A stretch of DNA of 64,000 bases from Octopus sinensis (taxonomy: Eukaryota): NCBI RefSeq assembly GCF_006345805.1, contig NC_043003.1:99758001-99822000 (forward strand), written 5' to 3'. Below the pieces are notes generated by a model that did not search any database, was not told the origin of the DNA, and saw only the letters and a list, made by a program, of their open reading frames with translations. Of the stretch, positions 55,582 to 64,000 are shown in pieces (within the stretch, counting starts at the first letter, position 1; every line of letters starts with the position of its first letter). The position numbers and the translations under genes are program-made.

Positions 55582-55584
<3 letters not shown>
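55154..55584 (-). mobile_element. Dong/R4-like family A, third short copy
   Basis: Reverse complement of the endonuclease/3' UTR of copies 1 and 2; (TTA)n on both sides. Confidence 0.9.
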
Positions 55585-55636
<52 letters not shown>

Positions 55637-55666
55637 TATTATTATTATTATTAATAATAATATTAA

Positions 55667-55700
<34 letters not shown>

Positions 55701-55721
55701 ATTAATATTATTATTATTATT

Positions 55722-56277
55722 GAGTGAGAGAGCAGTTCATGCCATCAAAGTGACACTGGGGTAAAATATATGAAGCCCAATATACCCATCATGACTACCC
55801 GTCTGATAAGGGTACACCAGGCACATGCATCACAACCATATGTGCGCGACATGGTGATCTCATATCAAGATAAACAGCACATGACCTTGCAGGTGGGGCC
55901 CAGTTAGAATTTTCTTCAGGTTGAGTAGCCCATCCCGCTCAAACGGTCCCTGAATAAGGGTTGTTTAAGGATGTTGAAAGAACCACCCATGTTTCCAGGG
56001 GTGAACTATTCAAACCCCAAAGAATCCCTCTCAACACATGGCTATGATGCTCCCCCACTACTTCTGCTCGTGATCAGAGATGCACATATCGTCAGCCACT
56101 AAGGGACATGCTCAACTGGTTAAGGTCAAACAACTGACAAGCAAATCTGTGGTATTGAGCAGAATATTTGCTGTAGCCCATCTTTTATACCAAGACAAAA
56201 CAATGTACATGATAACACTTCCAATCAGTTAAGATCAGAAGCCATGAGAGCCACTGCCTGGTACTGCATCAGGGCAT
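55722..56277 (-). mobile_element. 555-bp non-coding interspersed repeat in a (TAA)n array, copy 2
   Basis: Near-identical to 19326-19880. Confidence 0.75.
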
Positions 56278-56289
56278 TTATTATTATTA

Positions 56290-56341
<52 letters not shown>

Positions 56342-56659
56342 TTTTTCTTGTGATTTTCTTGTAGGAAAGGACGGGAGAGACACCACCCCATTTGCCTTTT
56401 GATCAACAAAATTATTTAGTATTTTTCATATTTACCATATGCCCACAAACACGTGGTTGACGTTTGCGATCAGTAAAATACCTGATTCTTCCCCGTCTTA
56501 ACGATCCCGGATACAATAATGACTCATACACACACACACACTCGCACAAAGGCACGCACACACACACATTACACACACACACACACGCACAAACGCACGC
56601 GCACACACACACACAAACACAAACACAAACACAAACACACTCACAAACAAGCGCGCGCG

Positions 56660-57342
<683 letters not shown>

Positions 57343-57349
57343 CGATATA

Positions 57350-57839
57350 CGAGGCTCGGCTAAAGAATTCATTGGCTAATTAAGACACACTCATGGAATG
57401 TGACCAAATGAGGCTCATTTTTTTAACATAGTCCCCTTTGCAGTCCACACACTTCTTTCATTGGTGATGCAGTGCTTGAATGCCATTGAAGAAGCTTTTA
57501 TCCTGCTCATCAAAAAAGTCATCAACCGCAGATATGACGTCATCATCACTGTCATATTGATTCCCGGCCAAGTGTCTTTTCATGTTGGGGAACACATGAT
57601 AGTCAGACAGAACCAAATCAGGAGAATAGGGAGGGTGATCAAAGCCACACTCACTCACAGATGCTATTGAAACCAATAACCTGTGTGCTTGAGTAATGCC
57701 TTGCTGAAACAAAAGCCTTTTCGTCAGTTTCCCAAGGCGTTTGGTTTTGATAGTCTTTTGTAAGCACCTCAGCAAGTTGGCATAGTACACTCCATTGATG
57801 TGTAGCCCTTTTGAAAATAGTCAATAAACACATTGCCTT
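57350..57839 (-). mobile_element. mariner transposon, C-terminal half and terminus
   Basis: FIDYFQKG..YYANLL..LLFQQG..HPPYSPDLVLSDYHVFPNMK..CVDCKGDYV; TA+CGAGG terminus at 57348-57354. Confidence 0.85.
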
Positions 57840-57842
57840 TTT

Positions 57843-58230
57843 AAATCCTTAACTCCTTAAAAATGTTTCAGCCCGAAGGCAGCGGCCATGCTGGGGCACC
57901 ACCGTTGAATGAGCTACACTAGTATGTGAAACCACCTCTGATACGTGGCACTTGATCAACAAGGGAGTTCGATGCCGCTGGCCGCATCTGTGATTCCTGC
58001 CGAGAGGTAGGTTCATCTGGAACCCCTGACAAGAAGAGATCCATTTTAGTTTTAAAGAAACCCACATCCACACCATGCAGGTCTCTCAGGCATTTAGGAA
58101 GGACATTGAAGAGCTGTGGTCTTCTGAAACCCAAGCTGTTGCAGTATCTGGTCCTGTATTTTGATGGTGATGTTGGGATCTTTGGCACCATGCAGTGGCG
58201 CCCCGTTCTGCTGTTGAAATTTTTTTTCAC
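57843..58230 (-). mobile_element. CR1/L2-group LINE 3' end
   Basis: RTGRHC..NSLGFRRPQLFNVLPKCLR..FKTKMDLFLSGVPDEP..AASNSLVDQ, then a 3' UTR containing GGTGCCCCAGCATGGCCGC. The clade call is approximate. Confidence 0.65.
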
Positions 58231-58239
58231 AAGAAAATA

Positions 58240-60279
58240 AACAATTCACGCGGACAACGTCGAAAAATTTTTCACGTGGAGAAATTAAAAACGCAACAGA
58301 GGAGTAACAAACATTGCTGTTGTACATGTTGTACGAAAAATCCGTAAAATTATGGAAAACTTGTTAGAAGGTCTAATTGAGTTGCAAAAATAGCAACAAC
58401 AACAACTCAAAGAACAACTAATGAAGTTGGTAACAAAACTGAAAAATACGTTTTCGGCAGTCCATGTAATAAAATTCAATAAATGAATTTAAATACGACC
58501 CGGAAGAAGGAATCACTTTCCAGGCATATTACCGAAGATTTGAAGAAATTTTCCAAAAACAACGCCAAAACTGGACGGACGAAATGAAAACCCGTCTAAT
58601 TCTGAGAAAACTGGCGACTTTATATTGCCTAAAAAAGTTTCTGACATAAATTTCACGGACGCAATTGACATTTTGTGTAAGATGTTCAGTGAAAAACATT
58701 GTTGTTCAATACACGTTGGAAGTGTTTGAACACTGAAAAAAGCGATGACGAAGACTTTACACCATATGTGGGTACAGTGAACAGAGAGTGCGAGAGATTT
58801 AAGCGGGAAAAACTAATTCCAGACCCGTTCAAGTGCCTGATTTTTGCCCAGGGACTTACTGCTAAAAAGGACACAGAAATCAGAACAAAAATTCTCGCAA
58901 AGTTGGAAATGAACCAGGATATAACTCTCCAGAAACTGTCAGAAGAGTGCGATATGATATTAATAGTAAGGCACAACACAGTAGAAATCCAACGCAGAGA
59001 TTATTTACAGATAAAACCAGTGGGGAAGAGTCGGAAAATGGATAAAATGTTTCACAAAAAATACGATATGCAACAGGAGATAAACCCATGTGTGACATGC
59101 GGTGGTAAGCACCTGAGAAAAGAGTGTCCGTTCAAAAGAGCAAAGTGGGAACACAGGAAACATTAAATCGCACTGCAGAACTAAGATGACGAAAAACTGG
59201 ACCAAACGAGAAAAATGTCATCAGAGAAAAAAGTGTGTACAGCGTACAGAAAATTCATCAAGGTGGGAATCGAAAGCACTAAAGTCAATATGAAGAAACA
59301 TGGCAACAAATCGGTATGCCGAAATTATTTAAATCAAATTAAGTAGCATATGGTGTTACAGGAACGAAATTATATTTCATTGGCGAATGTATTTGCAATG
59401 TAACTTTTCTAGGTGAAACGAAAAGGACAATCATTTATGTGTTTTAAAAAATCACTAGACCTATTTGGCACAGAAAGCATGGAGTTATTTAAAATGTGGG
59501 ATACCTCCATTAGTGTTCTCTGTGAAAATGTAGTCAGCACGGGTAAAAGTTCGAATGAAGTTAAACAACTGAGACAAAAAAATTTTTAATTGTTTCCCAA
59601 TGTTTTTTTTTTGTTTTGTTTTGTTTTTTGTTGTTTTTTTTAAGGATTAAGCTGTTACACTAAAACAAAAGCGAGGATCGTGGTAAAAGAAAAAGCAACC
59701 CCTTTTTCTATGCCCAAATGGAAGGTGCCGTTTGTGGCGTTGGATCAGGTCAATAAAGAGCTAAAAAGTCTAGATATAATTGAAAAAGTCGACCATTCAG
59801 ACTGGGCAGCTCCGGCGGTTTATGTAAAGAATAATTATTAAGCTGAAAAAAAAACGCTAAAGAGGAAAGAGGAGTGAATAAAGGCAAATAAAATTACTTG
59901 TTTCCCAAAGAAAAAAAACAGTAAATAAAAGGAGCGATGTTGCAGTGAAAATGGTACTCTCATTCGCAGGTGACGCTAACGATTCTGACATTTTGTCACC
60001 ATGGCACAAAATGAATGAATGCCCAAACAGAATAGGAAGGCGGACGCGATAATGTTGCTAGAATGATTCAGTGGAGATATGTGGCAAGTTTGGATTGGAT
60101 GGAGCAAAATCTTGGTATGGGCCAGCCTCGGAGAGAGTAGTTCAGAATGATCATATTGGATCATAATTGTTGTAGTGAAAATGGTACTCCCCTTCCCACG
60201 TGACAAAGTGGTATGAAGCAGCGACTATAAAGTCAGACAGTCAGTCGTTGTAGAAAGTCAGTAGTAGTAGTAGTAGTAA

Positions 60280-60342
<63 letters not shown>

Positions 60343-60430
60343 AGTCGTTGCACAAGTTCTCGGTTGGAGTCAGTGTCAGTTACATGATATATAAGAGTTC
60401 AAGTTACCGTCAAGGCAGGCGCTTCAAAGT
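58240..60430 (+). mobile_element. Gypsy remnant: gag, protease, RT start, LTR (60168-60430)
   Basis: FQAYYRRFEEIF..WTDEMKTRLILRKL; RECERFK..FKCLIFAQGL; CVTCGGKHLRKECPF; LFGTE; DHSDWAAPAVYVK. The LTR matches 49280-49500 in reverse. Confidence 0.75.
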
Positions 60431-60577
60431 AATTGTCTTGCGGAGCTATCAGCGATAGCACGATAGACGAGTCAAAGGTAACAAGACGCGGAATACCGCC
60501 TCAACATAATAGTGACGACAAGAATATCACAGCGCCGACAATAGCATACAAGTGGACGAAGATCCACATTACAAAAG

Positions 60578-61260
60578 TTTTGCATCGCAAAAAAACTGAG
60601 GCCATCACCTGGACCTGGCCCTCTTTGGAGCAGGTGAGGAGGGGTGTTTCCACTGCATGGATTACCTCTTTCTCTCTAGCTCAAAGTGATCAACCCAACA
60701 TTCATCTTGTCTTAGGAAACGTTCAAAGAAACCAGCTGGATTTGCCTGAAACAGTGACAGATTCTTCCGTCATGTGATCAGGCTGGTGCGTTTTTGATCA
60801 GGTGTCAGAGGATGTGGCACCCACTGAGCAGAAACCTTTGTCATGCAAACTTCATCGTATAGAATATTCTCAAGTTTTTCACGGGATATGCCAATAGCAT
60901 TGGCTATTTGATTTATAGTCAAACACCTGTCATCCATCACCATGTGATGAACATGATCAATGTTTTCCTCGGTGGTGGAAGTTACAGGACGTCCAGACCG
61001 CTTCAAGACCCTCCCTTCCCCTCCTGAATTCAGCCACTCACTTTTGCTCTGTTGATAAAGTTGGAGCGTCATCCTCTAATGTAGCAACCATGTCAGTATG
61101 AATGTCCTTGGGGACTAAACCCTTTTTCTGTAAGTACTCGAGAACACCACGACGCCAAATTTTGTCACTTTTCAAAAGAAGTCGCTACTAGTTATTTTTG
61201 AAGTCTTCTTTGAACAGTCAGTTTACTTCGAACGAAACAATGCAGAAGGGTTGAAATTAA
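60578..61260 (-). mobile_element. mariner transposon, N-terminal half
   Basis: RSGRP..TEENIDHVHHMVMDDRCLT..IA..GIS..KVSAQWVPHPLT; FLRQDECWVDHFE..QWKHPSSPAPK..VMASVF.DAK. Confidence 0.8.
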
Positions 61261-61561
61261 TGCATGCAAGATTTCACAGCTTTGCCTTAATTCAATTTTT
61301 TTTTTTTTTGAGAGCGGTCCATTTGACCAAATGTCAACGGACAATGACACTACATTGTCAAACAAAATCATTAAGAGTGTTGAAGAAAATGTTGTATAAC
61401 TGCTTAAAGGCCGAATGTAAATTGTAATGTAGAAAGGTCATCACAAAACAATTAAGGCCAGAGATGACAGTAATGTGTCTCGCCATTCAAGGTAGTTTTC
61501 TGGTTTAAAATGTCGTCTAAATCAGAACAGATGGACTGCGTCAGTACTGCAAAGAAGTATA

Positions 61562-62695
61562 TCTCTCTATATATAAACGGCAGTTTGTCTGTCTGTGTGC
61601 CTGTGTGTCTGTCAGATTGTACCCTCACTCTGACCACGGCTTTCAACCGATTCTGATGAAACTTGACACACACATAGCCCAATGTCATAATTCAAAATTA
61701 ACGCAGCGAGAATTTTGAAAAGTTCCCCCAGTTCTGAAAAAAATTGATAAATTCGACATGGGGTTGAGAATCTAAGCTTTTTATATGCAACACATTTTCT
61801 GTTGTAGTTTTCGCAACTTGCAATCGATTTTCACTAAACTCATGGTAAAGCTTAATGTTACCCTAAGAAACTTAATTCTGACGTTAGTTTTCCATGCAAT
61901 ACCTTACCATCAGAAAAAATCGATAAAATCATGCCATTTTGGGAAATCGCGTTCATATTCAAGATGACATATTTTCGACAATTGGCAGGAATTTTTTTTT
62001 TAATTCACAGCGAGCATCATGTCTGCTCCAAGGAGCTATATGGCCCTTTTTATTCCAATAGGATACTTTATTACTGGAAAAAACCCGGTTAATTAAATCA
62101 TATGTGGCACACATAGCAAACCGATTTGTGTATTAAACACAAACCACAGACTGTCTAGGGGACGCAACTCGACCTTTTTAACTCTCGGAATAAGTATCCC
62201 AAAATGTATAAAAATGTACAAAAACGGCAAAAAAGCGGGCAGCAATGTGAGTGACAACAACGAAAAAGTCGAAAGTGACCAAACTGAACAAACGAATGGA
62301 AAAGGTTTTTTGGTGCACACGACAAAAGCGGTTTATAATAAACCAAGAGTTTGCAAGTAGGACCCTTAGGGTACGTCAAAAATTTAAGGTAAAACGTTTG
62401 GGGTGGTAGTTATAAAGAAAGTTTAAACAAAAAAGTATTCGAATAACTTGCGGCTGCAGCAGCTATTAGCAGAAGTGGCGATGTTGGGGGTAAAGTCTCG
62501 AATGTAATTTCTTCCTGGTAGGAACTGGTTGGGTTGAATTATCGATAGCTGTTTGATAGTTATTTTGGAGTGAAGAGAAGACATTGCAACCTACACATGC
62601 GCCTTCGTTCCCTAGAGGGAAAGGACTAGATTGGGATTAGTCGTTGCATACTAGGGGCTCTTACATACCCGGGCAACGCTGGGCTATGCTGCTAG
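61562..62695 (+). mobile_element. Non-autonomous Helitron (about 1.13 kb)
   Basis: A|TC 5' end (tctctctatatataaac..gtctgtctgt..accgattctgatgaaacttg); 3' hairpin cccgg-gcaac-gctggg at 62668-62683, then CTAG|T at 62692-62696. Confidence 0.7.
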
Positions 62696-63676
62696 TTTAA
62701 GTATAAGCATTGGCATCCACAAACTATGTCGGTATCTTCGGAAGAAATGGATGTTCCTCGAACATTCTGCCTGTAAATGGAGTTCCCCATCACATCCTAC
62801 ATGTACGATTGATGGTTAAGCTAGTTCATCTAATGATTAAATAAACAATGAAAGACAAGTGTAGGGAGTTTAGATCGAAGGTGACCATCTTTTTGGTTAC
62901 ATGACAATATAGCGAAATAACAGTGCAAATATGACTCAGTTCTATTGCTATTGTTATTAGTCGGTAGTGATCTTTAAGATCAGGGAATATTTGATGTAAA
63001 ATAGACGTACGATTAATTAGAGAGAGAACAAAATGGATGGCTGAAGGAGCGAAACGATGCGTTTATTATCTGTCATCTCAGCACAACAAGATTATCACAG
63101 TTTGGGAGAACCTGTACAAGAGTTTTCCTAACCCAAGGCTTATAGGTTTCCTGTTGTTTATGTGCATATACGTATTTCAGTGAAAGTGCTTATACAAAAG
63201 CAGTTGACAAGCAGTGTCAAATGTATAAAAGATTTTTACAACAGAAGAGAAACAGGTGGCGAAGCTTTTGTTTACCTCAACCATGATACATCAAACGGTA
63301 TAAAATATAACAAGTGCTGAAAATATAAATTCATTTAATGTAGCTGGAACGTGCTATGTAATTGGCTCTCTATCGTATATAGCGGTTAGTTTTTTTGATT
63401 TACGAGGACAAGAATAACCACATCAAAAGATTCCATACTTTTAACATACATATCTAAAAATGTTTGTATTTCTGTAGATAAATATAAACTTTTGTTTCAT
63501 TTATTCGGTAAAATGTATAACTTATCGTTGTAATCTAAATAATTTCGGTTTAAAAAAAATTATATATATATAAACATATATATGTGTATATATATATGCA
63601 CACACACACAAAAACATGTATGCATATGTATTATATATATAATATACATATATATATATTGAGAGAGAGAGAAACG

Positions 63677-63708
<32 letters not shown>

Positions 63709-64000
63709 TATGTGCATGTGTATATGTGTATATATCTATATACGTATACATTATATCGAAAGATAGATTAAAAACATAGAGACACATACACAAATACACA
63801 CACGTAGGTCGTTCTATCCGTGTAGTTTATTGCATTTTTTACTTTGTGCTTTATATATCTATGTGTGTGTGTGTGTGTCTGTGTGTGTGTGTGTGTGTGG
63901 TGTGTGTGTGTGTGGTGTGTGTGTGTGTGTTGTGTGTGTGTGTGTGTATACATCTGTGTGTGTCTGTGTGTCTGTGAACAAAAACACCATCCCGGGCAGT

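Noticed and set aside
63041-63066. CUGAAGGagcGAAACGAUGCGUU
   Set aside because: A9 is G, there is no room for stem II and stem I does not pair.

Overview
Repeat-saturated, AT-rich eukaryotic DNA with no recognisable host protein-coding gene. The SINE/LINE mix and dense (TA)n/(TAA)n/(CA)n arrays look like an Octopus-type cephalopod genome; that assignment is inference from recognised repeat styles, not a database hit. Nearly all long ORFs in the track are microsatellite translations or decayed transposon fragments. Recognisable content: Dong/R4-like RLE non-LTR retrotransposons sitting in (TAA)n arrays; five Ty3/Gypsy LTR remnants plus a solo LTR; at least six Penelope-like element (PLE) fragments (RT thumb, GIY-YIG); an RTE LINE; a CR1/L2-group LINE 3' end; two Helitrons; mariner/Tc1 and pogo fossils; and tRNA-derived SINEs. 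The most interesting unannotated signal is RNA-level. Four unrelated type I hammerhead-ribozyme folds can be read from the sequence: 34228-34321 (-, fully canonical, long stem II), 33612-33674 (+), 51167-51205 (+, minimal), and a variant-core family at 23095-23138 (+), 23810-23854 (-) and, truncated, about 22130-22170 (-). Several PLEs also carry fold-back hairpins at their 5' truncation points and sit tail-to-tail across (TA)n arrays. Coordinates were counted by hand and fuzzy boundaries may be off by a few to tens of bases.
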